DNA of 64,000 nucleotides, from the NCBI GenBank assembly GCA_053919585.1, contig CM132796.1; one strand, written 5' to 3'. This DNA comes from Euprymna scolopes. Taxonomy: Eukaryota. Shown here piece after piece: positions 51,346-64,000 of the stretch. How positions within the stretch are numbered: the stretch's first letter is position 1; each line of letters opens with the position of its first letter. Under the pieces are notes generated by a model that searched no databases, had not been told where the DNA came from, and saw only the letters and a list, made by a program, of their open reading frames with translations. Made by a program: the position numbers and the translations under genes.

Positions 51346-51983
51346 CTTGCTGAACTGAGGGAAATATTGAGAAGGTACAACATTATTGATAACGGACCAG
51401 TTCTCATTCACCAGTAGGCCTGTAAAATAACAATGTGTAGTAAAAAGGTAATGCCTGTTAGTATAGATTCCGAAATTGAAAGCGAAACTTATCCCGTTAC
51501 GAACAACCTTTACTCATTAAACCAGGATAGACTTTGATTTTTTTTAGAATCTAATAAGCGAACCTATTAGAACCAAGAAAAATTACGTTTTATGAATAAA
51601 TGTTTATACATTTAGACTGTAGACACAAATTTCTAAACGGATAGCTCGAATCTACTCTTAACATAGGCAATTTTCTCGTTGTTTTGCTATACTCAAACAT
51701 TGTGTACACGTACGCAAACATTGACAGAAGAAAACTACATCAATAATATAAGAAAAATAAACAAAAGTTCTACGTGAGATATCCTTGAAATTTCTTTTCC
51801 GTTGTAGCAAGTTTTACAATCGATATCCCATAAATGTGCTTAATGGAAAAGACGCAAAAGGTGCGGAGAATGGAACTTGGGAATCGTAGAATATGTTTTC
51901 TCTCTAGCCAGTGATTCTGATTTTAAGGGAAAGCGGATGTTCCTGATTTTAATTGTCTTTAGATGCGAAAACTAAAAAGAATA

Positions 51984-52046
<63 letters not shown>

Positions 52047-52293
52047 AAAGAGAAAGAGAAAGTAAGAACGAGAGAGCAAAATGGATGGATGAGTCTATGT
52101 TTGTCTAGGAGTACGCCGGGCAGCTGGGTAGAAAGATCAGATCAATATATGAGTCAGCATTTTGCAATAACACCCCGCCGTCCTCTCCCAGCTTTCTTGA
52201 ACATAAAATACAACATTGAGAAAGAAAAAGGGATATATTTAATGGTATAAGCGGCGCCGAGACTATTATAAGAATAGCCATTTCACATGGCAA

Positions 52294-52352
<59 letters not shown>

Positions 52353-52459
52353 TTTTAGGTATGTAGCAACTTTTTATTTGGACATTCATCTTTTATTGTA
52401 AATGAAAGACAAGAAGACATGTCAAGCTTATGTAAAGAACACCATTATACAAAAGACGA

Positions 52460-52523
<64 letters not shown>

Positions 52524-52544
52524 GTCCACATACAGAACTGTTCG

Positions 52545-52682
52545 TTTTACTGCTTATCAGTGCAGCTAGACAAGCAACTGCCTGCTTATCAGTGCAGCTA
52601 GACAAGCAACTGCCTGAAGCCAGGATCGAAACCCGATCGCCCAAACGATAGTCGGGGCTTCTAACCGGTGCGCGCAACGGCT
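52545..52682 (-). mobile_element. tRNA-derived SINE head with a ~32-bp tandem duplication
   Basis: Minus-strand A-box-like tgcgcgcaccgg and B box ggtttcgatcc. ctgcttatcagtgcagctagacaagcaactgc occurs twice. Confidence 0.55.
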
Positions 52683-53802
52683 ACTGCTATGCGGGCATTC
52701 AATTAATAATGTTTTTACATTCCCCAAGAAGACATCGGATTTTGTTTTGGGAAACAATGGACACCTGATGAAAGAGTATCTTTTCGATGAATAGGGTACA
52801 TTTCAGCAAAGACTGACCAATTAGTTTCTGAAATTTCCTCCAAGGCTGCTACGATTTTTATCTCGTGTTAAAGAGCGTTGCAATATTTCTATTACTATTA
52901 CAAGGAAAATCATAATCTCATAATTTAATCTAATTACTTCCTAACTCACACAAGACAAAAAACACTTTACGGCGAACATTCGTAAGATTGTTTTATAATG
53001 ATAGACCAGTACTCATAAGGGAATCAGAACTGTGATTAAAGCATTGTACCCCATCTGTTTCATTATATATAGAGAGATTTGAGCCAATGTAAGGACTTAA
53101 AAATAATGCATGTTATAAGAATAAACAAGTCACATCAACGTTGCGTATTATTATTTATCTTCTGTCAAACATTTTATTTCCTCATAAGAAATATAACATT
53201 TACACATTATCGAAAAATAAGTTATTTGCGATAATAATCATATGTTAATTTTACCTGTATTTAATCGAGTTAATAGTGATTAATATTGAATTCATATTAA
53301 TTTAGTGGAGTTAGGTAACGTGCATATACTGTCACGGGTTTAAACTACCCATCAAAGTCAGTAACTTCTTATGATGTTCGCTATTTTATACCTATTAGAT
53401 TAAAAGCATAGAGAAAATATATAAATATTATTTAACTTAATATTTATAATATCCTAGAATTCTTTTTCTTTCTGTTTTTTGATAAGATATGCACCTTATA
53501 TAATACATATAGTAATATGATCTAATAAACACGTGATATAACGCATGCAATAATGTGCTGATATTGTGAATGGCTTTAATAATTTTGAAAATGATAGGAA
53601 TAATAAAATACGTACACTTACGCATTTTATTATTCGTATATGTATGTCAGCATTTATATGTACCTCGATTAAATTTTAAAATTCTCATAATAAATCTATA
53701 AAAAGATTTGATCGTAGATTTAAATATACTCCATTAACTAATGGTTTAATTTAATAAATTCATTAATTTTAAATTATTTACTTACAATATATATATATAT
53801 AC

Positions 53803-53836
<34 letters not shown>

Positions 53837-54031
53837 TGTGTGTAAGCATATGTGTGTGTGTGTGTGAATAAATATATATGGGTGGGTGGGTATGTGCGTG
53901 TATATGTGTGTACGTATATGTGTTTACATGCGTAAATGTGTGTATATATGTGTATATATATATATATTTCTCTGTCTTACTCTCTCTCTTACTCTCTCTC
54001 ACACTCTCTCTCTTACTCTCTCTCTCTCTCC

Positions 54032-54061
<30 letters not shown>

Positions 54062-54073
<12 letters not shown>

Positions 54074-54809
54074 AAGCTGAACGTATACGTGTGTGTCTGG
54101 TACCGAATAGGCTCCTATATGCTTGACTATTATAGAAAACTGATTACATAGATTGATAGAAAATGTATGAAGACACAGGAAGGGGTATGTTTGGTATGGC
54201 ATAGTGATGATTCATTAAAATTATGGGGTCTGTGTACGCGCCTGGTCCACAAAGTATGGAAATAAAAAATTTGAAAATTAAAAACAAACGTTTACAAATG
54301 TTTTTGATATAGATGTACATTATAATACTTTGATAAGTATGTTTTAACTTAAATAGGGATGGTATAATAAAATTTTGGGGTCTGCGTTCGCGCCTGGCCT
54401 CCATAGAATGGAAATAGGCACAAATTTCATAAATATTGTTCATATCTATCTGCGTAAGTATTATTTGATAATTATGTTTCAGTTTGTATAAATATGGTAT
54501 AATAAAATGATGAGGTGTCCATTCGCCCCTGGCATCCATATAATGCAAATACGTCACAAAGTTTAACAAGTTTTTTTTTAAATATAGATCAACAGAATAT
54601 TGTGATAAGTGTTTAAGTGTGAACAGGTATGGTATAATAAATTATGGGGTTTATCTATTTTATTTTTCCTTTCATAATATTTTGCTTTGGTTTTGATACC
54701 TCCAAATTCGAAGCTATCTTTTTACAACCCTTCCTTTTCATAACCATGAATCAGAATCCATTTTCTGTAGGCTGTTCTTGCACCTAGTCAACGACGGGTA
54801 CTTTTGCTA

Positions 54810-54810
<1 letters not shown>
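54062..54810 (+). mobile_element. Non-autonomous Helitron with internal ~135-150 bp tandem repeats
   Basis: Ends tagtcaacgacggg..gCTAGt. The unit ggtataataaaatt.tggggtctg..cgcgcctgg recurs at ~54215, 54360, 54495 and 54630. Confidence 0.6.
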
Positions 54811-54877
<67 letters not shown>

Positions 54878-55620
54878 CTTAACGTATCTATGTAGATATG
54901 TATTTCTGTGTATATATGAGTTTACATATGTTTAACGATTTAGACTTTATGATGAAAGTGAGATTCCAGTTTTTCTTTTTCTTTCTCTTTTTCGTTCTCT
55001 CTCTCCCCCCTCTCTATCTCTCTTCCTCTTTCTTTCTCTTAGTTCCCTCCACGCTTATTCTCGTTTTACCTCCATCTTTCGTCGATTTACTCCATATCAA
55101 CTCCTTATTAACTAGTCTTTCTACATCCGTCTTTTATTTCCTTTTATTAAATATCTCCCCCTACCAACCATTCAGCTTTCTTTGACACGCGACAATAAGT
55201 TGATTAGTAAGTTTCTTTCGACACGTAACAATTGGCTTATCTACAAACACGCTCAAGGCAACCTTATGTTCAGTTTAAATCAATCCCCAACCAATTACAC
55301 AATCTACTGTTCTGGTGGAATACGCCCTTTTTTAATAACTTCAAATTTAAATTGTCTGTATATCCAGTCGTCGATATAAGTTGTAATGTTTTCACCAGTT
55401 TTCCAAAGAAGTTGAAAATACGATTTCTATGTTTTTATGCTTCTTTTTTTAGAAAGCTCGCATCTGATAACCATTGTTTTTTTTTTTGGGGGGGGGGGTT
55501 GCTTGTTTTTTGCTTGTTTAATTTTTTTTTTGCTTTTTGTTTTTTTTGCAGAGATTATTTTTTTCATTTTACCTCAGTGCTAGATGTCTGTTCGTAGCTA
55601 CCAAATCTTACTGTTTGCCT

Positions 55621-55682
<62 letters not shown>

Positions 55683-55703
55683 ATTCGTGATCCTTATGCA
55701 TCA

Positions 55704-55746
55704 TAACCATGACGAATTCCTACGAGAATGAAAAGTATGTAGCTTA
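55704..55746 (+). ncRNA. Decayed family A-related hammerhead motif
   Basis: taacc-ATGACGA-ATTC..GAAT-GAAA-agtat-GTA-GCTTA. The downstream body to ~55830 is the inverse of 22578-22660. Confidence 0.5.
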
Positions 55747-55870
55747 ATCACCATATATATTTTCATAAGTACCTATTTTTGCGTATGTATCGAACACTGT
55801 TGAAGTAAATACTACAAATTTACGCAAAAATTATATCTTTGTATAATTATTTATGTCTGAAATATATAAA

Positions 55871-55921
<51 letters not shown>

Positions 55922-55989
55922 ACTAAAATCCGATACTTTCCGGGATATAAACCGATTTGATTTCGATAAGATGTCTGAAAATGCGTGTA

Positions 55990-56370
55990 TCCTTTTCCAA
56001 TTGAAAGTAAATCGCATCCATCCACCCAGCGCGGTCGCAACCGAGATTGAACTAACTACACGAATATGTAGTGTAATTCAAGTATTATTGGGAGCTGAAT
56101 ACTTGATGCTTCGCCAGGATTATCAAGAGTGTTTTCTTTTACAGTGACGCCATCCCTAGATGGTGTGACTTCGAGGGTTTAAGAGAGTCCCATCTACCGT
56201 CGGGAGAATGATAGACCGCGCCATTTTCTCAACCTGGTATTTATATCTCGCGGTACATACAGCGCCTCACCTTCTCAAATGGCTACCCATCTAGTTCTGA
56301 AAAGGCTTAGCGTTGCTTTACTCCGATGATTTGGCGAGAACCGGTTTGTCAAAGTGATTATGCCGTATAT
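55990..56370 (-). mobile_element. 5S rRNA-derived sequence (56255-56370) with downstream body: SINE3-like element or 5S pseudogene
   Basis: Minus strand tacggcataatcactttgacaaaccggttctcgccaaatcatcggagtaaagcaacgc..agatgggtagcc..gcgctgta aligns along the full length of metazoan 5S rRNA with many substitutions. Confidence 0.75.
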
Positions 56371-56889
56371 TTTTATCTCAATGCCAGTACTTATAATATA
56401 AACTTATAAAATGGACAGTAGTACAATTTAGACTACAGTGTATTGTGAAATACGAAACAGTAGAAGGGCATGTAAGATTGTAATTCCTGACTGAAGCGGA
56501 TAATAACTCGATTTGATGTCACGATCTCATCTCAGTGATGACTGATGTTTTTTTTTACCATAATACATTGTAGTTTACATTGAACTGTAGAGAAACTACT
56601 GTTGATTTTATACATTTGTTTTAGAAAATTACTTGAATCAATGTTTAAAATGCAAGTCTAGTATCATAGTTCGATTGTGCTCTAAACAGAAACATTAAGA
56701 TCGAACGCGACTCTGATTTCAAACACCAGCGGCTTCGTTGATAAGCCTTCGGAAATGCAATTTGGATGTTAAACATATTAACAGTGTTAACTTATACTGA
56801 AGTTGTACTTAATCATATTTTTTCTTATCGGTTTTCAATAATAAAACTGAACAAATGTCATTTTACTTCAATTGTAATTGGGTTTCAAA

Positions 56890-56953
<64 letters not shown>

Positions 56954-56959
56954 TATTGT

Positions 56960-57560
56960 ATTTCCACCTCCAAACAAGGCATAATACCACTTTCATATAT
57001 GGGGTTGCGATATGGGACATAATTGCAGGATACTATGTATGAAATTTAGTAGCAAGATGTCTGTTCACATGCACTTGGACTTCTGAATTTCTTTTCGTGT
57101 TCCTGCTTCTCTGACTGAACTTATGGAGGTCAGTACAGTTGGAGAAGCAGGGACACGGAAAAATTCCAAAGTCTAGCAATTCTGGGGAAGAAACGTTGGA
57201 ATACAAGGCTTTCTTGCATCTGTGGATCTCAATTGTGTATAGTATGGACTTTGCTGCTTGTTGGGTTTGTCGCGGGTATTTATGTCGAGGAGGCACAATA
57301 GTTCGTTATTTGTTGGAGCATCTATTATTAAAATACTTGTAAAACAGGCATGCAACATTTCGTCGGTGGAATAGAGGCTGAAGTCTAGCTGACAGTTCGG
57401 CACCTATTAGGTTGCCGACTCTCTTTTGAATCCTGTCCAGGAGTGAGAGACTAGTAGCAGGTTCACTAAATGTAACAACAATACTCCATACAATGGCGTT
57501 TGGTGGCCTTGGAGATGTACAGAATACTTCCAGGCGTAAGGAACTTTCTTGCACGGTAGA
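56960..57560 (-). mobile_element. CR1-Zenon 3' fragment
   Basis: SLSLLDRIQKRVGNLIGAELSARLQPLFHRRNVACLFYKYF plus a 3' UTR related to 2905-2950. Confidence 0.85.
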
Positions 57561-57574
57561 GGAATTCCTCCCCT

Positions 57575-60380
57575 TCGCCGGGGTTTTACCTTCGTGCCAA
57601 GATCGGAACGATCACCTCACCCCACAAAGACCGCTCTCCCAACACATCAGAGGGATCTGCATGGGGTAAAACCGCTGGAAAGAGACTCTCCCCGCAGGAA
57701 TATGAAGGCATGTATTTTACTAAATACCAGGAATATATTGAGGGGAACGTCTACAAGACAATATATGGCAACGGGAGTCGATAGAGGACAAGATCCTGTC
57801 CTTCGTCACTTCAGACATCCGATAAAATCGTCTTAAAGGATTGAAAAAATGCGAAATGCCAGAGCTCTCCCTGAAACTGAATATACCTGCCACGTATATA
57901 CACCAGACGAGCTTAGCATTCTGGAACATACTGTTCCCCAACAAGGATGATGCAGAAAAGTTCTCCCACACAGAACTTAAACGCGCAGAAGTGAAGCTAC
58001 TGCCGGATAACCTGGATAGGAGTAGAACCCGGGTACAAATACTTAATGCTCCGGCTGACCTACGCACAGAACTTCTGGGAGGCTTCCTCAATAATTTTGG
58101 AGCGGTGGAGCGGATGGAACCAGCGCGTTCCAAAAACGGTGTCCATCTGTGAAGTTATATAGTAAGATTGCGGATGAAAAGAGAGGGCTGCCATCAACAA
58201 TATCGTTCAAGAATGGCGACATGACGGTGTTAGTCGAGGGTCGACGCTCTCACTGCTGGTTCTGCCTGAACAGGGACACATAGCAAAGAACTGCCCAAGA
58301 AAACAGTTCCAAGCCAATCTGCACCACAAGTAAACACAGTTCCAGCGGCGAAGGTGGCAATAGCCACTGAAGCTAAGAAATCACCTACACCAGCCCTTGA
58401 GTCGACAAGGTCCAAGGAGACTACTAATGATCAGTGGAGTGCAGTGGCGGGGTGTAAATGGAAAAACACATATATGTCCATCCCAACCTCACCAACGACT
58501 CAACAGCAGCAGCTTCAACAACAACAGTTGCAACCGCAACGACAACGGCAGCATCAACAACATCAGCAGCAGCAGAAGCAGCCACAAGAAGAACAGCAAC
58601 AGCAGCAGCAGTAGCAGCAGTAACAGCCACATCAGCCGGTTCCGCGGCAGCTGAAGCAGCCGCAGCAACAACAACAACTGCCGCAGCCGAAGAAGCAGCA
58701 ACAACAACAACCGCAACAACAACAGCCGCAGCATCTAGAGTTGCAGCAACATCAACAACAAGAGCAGCAACTAGAGGAGCAGAAAGACAACACCAATCCA
58801 GACGAGGACCAAGCGGAGAAAAGACCGTCCGTCTGAGGATGAATCAGCAAGTGAGAGGGAGATGAACCCAACCTCACCACTCCCCGGTTCATTGTAAGGG
58901 AAGGGGAAGACAAGGAGGCCCTCACCCCCATGGAGAATAAACCATTCCTAACAATAGCACAACCCACTCCCGCCCCAAACCACACACCGAACCAACAACA
59001 AACACTACACCAACAACAGATACTACACCAACACCAGACATTACACCAACAGTAGACAACACACCAACAACAACGCTAGACACCACGCCAACACAAGAAA
59101 CTACACAAATACCAACATCAACACCATACACCACACAAACACCTATCTCAACACCAATGCAAATTGAGCAACCGCCCCAGAAAAATAAGAATGAACACGA
59201 GAGGGGGAGAAACCTTTCAGCTTCTCTCGCTCACAAACTTAGTGCAACAAGGGGCCTCCCTCTTGAAACGAGAGAGAAACTGTGCTTTATAGATTCCCTG
59301 TCTGTGGCAATGATTTACACCACCGGCAGAGAAAAAAATTTAAACCTCTGCTGGACTGCCAACAAATAGCGGGAAAATACATTAATGTCCCCTCTTACTT
59401 CCCGGACGCCCTACTGCTAACAACTTTCCTCAGGCTTCCAGAGGCTTGCAAGAACAACTTGTGGTCAATGATGGCGGCCACTGAAGGGGCTGTTCCGGGA
59501 ATTGAACTTATAAGAGAAAACGACCCTTCTCTTCATGAACTGTCAAAACAATGCATGGGAAGGGTCCCAGTGTTGGTCACTCCGTGACTTTATAGGGACC
59601 TTAAACTGACGTTTCCTCTGGACGTCGGCGGCATTGTAAGAGAAGTCGATTGGTTTTGTTTTACGGCATATCAACCCTTTCCGGGTTATTTAATGCCAAA
59701 TCCAAAGATTTTGAAGAAAAAATTTTAATAGAATATATTTATTGTTTTCCTGTCGGTTTCTATTTAATCCACAGTTGGGACCCTAACAGAAAGAATGGTG
59801 CTGACAGAAGATGGATACATGTAGCAAGTGTATGTGTACGAAAAGGAGCCAAATTTCAATACGTGTTCCCCGCCTAGATGTGGAACACGCAGTTTCGTCA
59901 AGTATATCTTAATATTAAGCCTCTTAGCCAGCCGAGAGACTGCTCCATCCCTCACCGAGTATGAAGCCTCCAAGATCCCCACCGTCTCTTAACTGCATTT
60001 TTTTCTTTTCACCCATCCCTCTAAATTTACCCCATCTTGGAGAGAAAGAAACCAATAACCAACCTCCCATCCTTCTATCCAAAAAAATGTTCTTTTCTCC
60101 ATTTCGTCCCATCCCATCTAGAGGGCATTCCCACATAGAGACTGTCTCGCAAGACCTGAGGTGCTTTACAAACCAAGAGACTAAAACTATCCAGTTCCCA
60201 TTTCCCATCACTCGGGAGATGGCCCCTATTCCCTTTCCCTACCCCTTCCTCACATTAAAAAAAAACGGTCCATACCTAATTTGCTCTTGTGGGGAAGAAA
60301 TAAACACAATCCACCTTCCTCGCAGTAGCCGAGGCAATTTCTCCGTTTTTTTCTTTTTGTAATAAAACAAATAAAAGAAT
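57575..60380 (+). mobile_element. ORF1-only (gag-like) element, frameshifted: RRM-like region, CCHC knuckle, polyQ/Thr-Pro linker, C-terminal domain, 3' UTR
   Basis: RTRVQILNAPADL..GGFLNNFGAVE; VEGRRSHCWFC-(frameshift)-GHIAKNCP; CAG/CAA tract 58500-58790; GRVPVLVTP*LYRDLKLTFPLDVGGI; AATAAA at 60361 and ~60370. No RT or endonuclease motif seen. Confidence 0.65.
59648..59789 (-). mobile_element. 3' fragment of the SINE-like repeat, inserted in the ORF1-only element
   Basis: Reverse complement of ~9760-9905. Confidence 0.75.
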
Positions 60381-60532
60381 TAAAACTGTAAGACAGTGAA
60401 TAATAACATGTTTTAAAGTAGAAACACTGATTACAAGCTAATAATGTTATGACGAAAAACAAAATATAAAGATACATTATCGGTAAGCTTTTAATTGCAA
60501 AGAATTGTAATTTTCACAGTTTGTTTTTCGCT

Positions 60533-61085
60533 TTCACCCCAAACAATGCAGTTTGTCACTTGGACGTAAGGAACTACCAATTAGGACCATGCCTAAAAAA
60601 GATAAGCAAGATATTGACTTACGTTCATTTGAACATCTGCATAGCAGTAGAGTCTAGAAAACATGTAGCAATTCAAGTGAAGATGCTATTAAAGTAGAAA
60701 GCTTTCCAGGCACCTCAACAGTAAAGGGGTGTAATTTTGTTGCTAAGCGTTTAACAGTGATGTGTACGTCGAGGAAGTACAAGTGCGATGTTTTCATGAG
60801 AGCACATTTCATTAAATACTAGTAAAAGAGACACAAGGATGCAACATTGCGGCGATGGGACAAGGATTGGAGCCTAGTAGACAAATGGAACTTATTAGAT
60901 TGGATACACTTTTTTGGATCCTATCTAAAAGGAAGAGACTAGTGGTAAAGGCATCAGCGAAGATGTGGCAACAATACACCGTGCATGGGCGAATGGTGAC
61001 CCTCTAGATGTACAGGAGAAAATCAGTTGTGACTTGTTTTCTAACACGATAAAGGGAACCAACTTTTCTTGAAGCAACCTTCGAT
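60533..61085 (-). mobile_element. Old CR1-Zenon 3' fragment
   Basis: Aligns by eye to 4130-4395 and to the Zenon 3' UTR (tcaccccaaacaa). Confidence 0.75.
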
Positions 61086-62537
61086 GTATTTATTTACATT
61101 CATATTATCCCTGAACTGAGGAAACTCCCTGTTTTTATAAACCTGTGAAACTTATCTCCAATCTTCAAATAGATGATTTAAACCAAATCCTTAATCAAGG
61201 CCGTCAGAAAGATGATTGAATCATTCTACTGCTCCAAATTGTATTTCATGATTAGATAAATATTTGATATCTATACGAGCAAAGTTTCTTCTAGAATTAT
61301 CAGCTTGCTGAAAAAGTACGGAGTGCCTGAATTACATCTGACCATAATATTTCTGTTTGTAAGTTCAATGTAAACAAATTCTTGTCCGTCCACATAAACG
61401 ACCAATGCATCTATTAGTTACAAAGAACATCACAAATTCTCAAAGTGTCTCACTGTTATGGACTCCAATTTAATATTCTCGATTTGTATTTGAGTCTAGA
61501 TAAATGGTACTACTTTATAAAAGCAAAACAAATGTGCGAAACTTTTTGTTTAGAAATATATATTCTCAATTATTTTTCACATATATCAATACAAATAATT
61601 ATTTTCATCAGACATTAATAATGAGTTTTATTACAATACCGCAGGAACATATTTTTATCGAAACATGCTTAAATATTTGGGGGTCATTTGTTAGGATTTC
61701 AGTTTAGGAAGACTTTTGCTTTATCGTCACTCGACAGAACGATTATCAGAAGCTGGTGTAAAGATGTTAGGTCTGTCGTGGATTAGCTTAAAACCTTTTT
61801 TGTGAAATAAAAACAGGCATGATGATTTAATATTTTGAATGAAATAGTTATAAATTAATGATAGATAAACCCAAAGATTATTTTGCTGACGTTGGTTTCA
61901 TCGGTATTTTTCTAGTAAAAATACGGATTAGGAACACGCCGGTTTCTTATGGGAGGGGCCATGAACATTTTAAGTGAAAGTGAGTTTGTGAAACGTATTG
62001 GATTCGAACTTGGGGCACCTTGGTCGTAAGTTCGTGTGGTGAACCTTTAAACCAGCGTCAGCTCCCATTAAGTTGCAACGGTTTAAGATCGAAAAAAGCT
62101 TTTAATGATTTGCCACTAAAATAATAAAAATGCAGAAAAGATGCGCATTCGCCTTGGGATTTCGTGAGGAGTTTCATATTGTTCAAACCGAAAGAAAATC
62201 TTTAAGCTGTTCCTCCAAAAACCAAATGTTATGGTTCCCATAATGATAGTAAATGAAACGGTTGAGGAAAAAGGGTTCTAGCCGGAACTTCAGTCAAAGA
62301 GTGCGGATAATTCTAAGAAAAAGGACAGCTTAATGTCTCGCAAATTAAAAAAAACAAAACAAAAAACAAAGCTAATGAACAGCGAGTTGTACAATAACAC
62401 AAAACCATCTGCAATCATTATACCAAAGGTAAAAAGTACTGAAATTCAAATTAGACTTTTATCATTCAGACTTCGGGAAGCACAACCGATTATTCTCAAT
62501 TGGCAATTACAAATGAACAGTGTGAAAAATCATTGTA

Positions 62538-62590
<53 letters not shown>

Positions 62591-62594
<4 letters not shown>

Positions 62595-63275
62595 CGAGAA
62601 GGGGAACACTGGAGGCAATGAAAGGCATTAAACTACCAAACCAAACCAAACGTATATGTGGGCAATAGATGGATATGATAGCTTCAAATATCTGAGAGTT
62701 CTTGAAGAAAACACCATCAAAGAAACCGAAATAAAATAATAACTTGAAAAGGAATACACCCGTAGAACAAGAGAACTCATCGAAACAAAATTATATAGTA
62801 GAACCTAATAAAATATATAAATGAGTAATGTCACTAGTAAGATAGACTGCTTTTTTAGATAGTGAATTAAAGCAAAAATCATGCATCTCCACCAGGATTC
62901 TCATGATAATGCACTATGCACTACACTAAACTGATGATGAAGACTGTATGATGATCATGCACTAAACTGATGATGAAGGCTGTCTATGAGAAAAGAGTGT
63001 GGAAGAAGACGGTTTTTATAGAAACACGATCGACTTAGAAAAATACATAACGCATTACAGCGAAAGGATAATTAACGCAACAAAAAAAAAATTAAAAAAA
63101 AGCAGAAAGCACAATAAATAGGCCAGTGATGAGACAAGTACAAAAAACGGGAAAGAAAAAATGCTACAGGGACGGTTGATAACAAAACATCAGACTAACG
63201 AAAGCACTTGGACAAGGCTACAAAAACAAACCTAAGCAGAGAAATAGAATAACTAATAACAAGCATACAGGCTTC
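62591..63275 (+). mobile_element. R4/Dong fragment directly after (TAA)n
   Basis: FKYLRVLEENTIKE..KEYTRRTRELIETKLYSR, homologous to 50211-50690. (TAA)n at 62538-62590. Confidence 0.75.
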
Positions 63276-63299
63276 ATACTTAACGTACAACATAACATT

Positions 63300-63632
63300 A
63301 GCTATTTATATTTTCTCTACCGTTCTCCTTCGACTCACGACTGTACCCTAATAAACAAAGTCTCTGAGAGCAAAGATACAAGACTCTCCCTTGATATTAG
63401 CGCAAACGTACATGTATTTGGTGACTTCATTGTCCACCACAGCAATTGGTTTTGATTCTCTACGTACACAAACACATTGGTAGTATAACAGATAGCTTCT
63501 CTATATCTCATTTCCTATCACAGACGGTTTCGTTTCCGACACGTTTCCCAGATCATCTAGGTCTTTTTCTGACCACAGTTCAAGATGATTGTCTAACGAA
63601 TGTCCATAGTCCACTCGGGAATGCTGATCACT
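63300..63632 (+). mobile_element. CR1-Zenon endonuclease fragment
   Basis: Close nucleotide match to ~34625-34975 (VHVFGDF, FPTRFPD, LGNADH). Confidence 0.8.
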
Positions 63633-64000
63633 TGGAAAATGAAAAGGTCTGTCTTTTAAGAATGTTTCTAATTTTCGTTCAGCATTATGGGCAGCTATGT
63701 CTTTTAAAAAGGATTTTTACTTGTTTTAATATATGATTGATACTTAATCGTCTTAGGATAGAAAATTCTTTGGACGGACTTTTTTATCATTTTCTGTTGA
63801 TCTAATTTTATGTTAGGTATCGAATGTTAAGCTATTTTGTATAGGGTGAAACAAAAAACATGTGGACCTATTAAAGACGATATGATTCCATTTCAATTTG
63901 ATGAAAATCAGTTTTCACTTTTTGTTACAGATCATCTACTAGTTAATCAGTTGTGTACGAATCCCAATTGCGATAGAAGTATTCTAATATGTATGAAATT

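Noticed and set aside
58458-58865. Ala/Thr-rich mucin- or antifreeze-like ORF
   Set aside because: Alternative frame of the CAG/CAA tract inside the ORF1-like element.

Overview
AT-rich, repeat-dominated animal genomic DNA with many (TA)n microsatellites and five N-gaps. The repeat complement looks like an octopod cephalopod, though that is an inference from recognised repeat types. No intact host protein-coding gene can be supported. The window holds one tRNA-Arg(ACG)-like gene, a 5S rRNA-derived SINE-like element, several CR1-Zenon LINE fragments, R4/Dong and Penelope-like fragments, Tc1/mariner relics and MITEs, a solo LTR, and more than 20 non-autonomous Helitron units, many in head-to-tail arrays. 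Four observations stand out: (1) several families of type I hammerhead ribozyme motifs, two copies with a complete core and all three stems, in short (TA)n-flanked and often self-inverted elements; (2) a TSD-flanked chimeric retroposon, Zenon ORF2 / R2 myb-RT piece / Zenon 3' UTR, in one reading frame; (3) rolling-circle-type Helitron concatemers with two variant 3' termini; (4) an ORF1-only, RT-less L1/Tx1-like element with a CCHC knuckle, polyQ and an unrecognised C-terminal domain.
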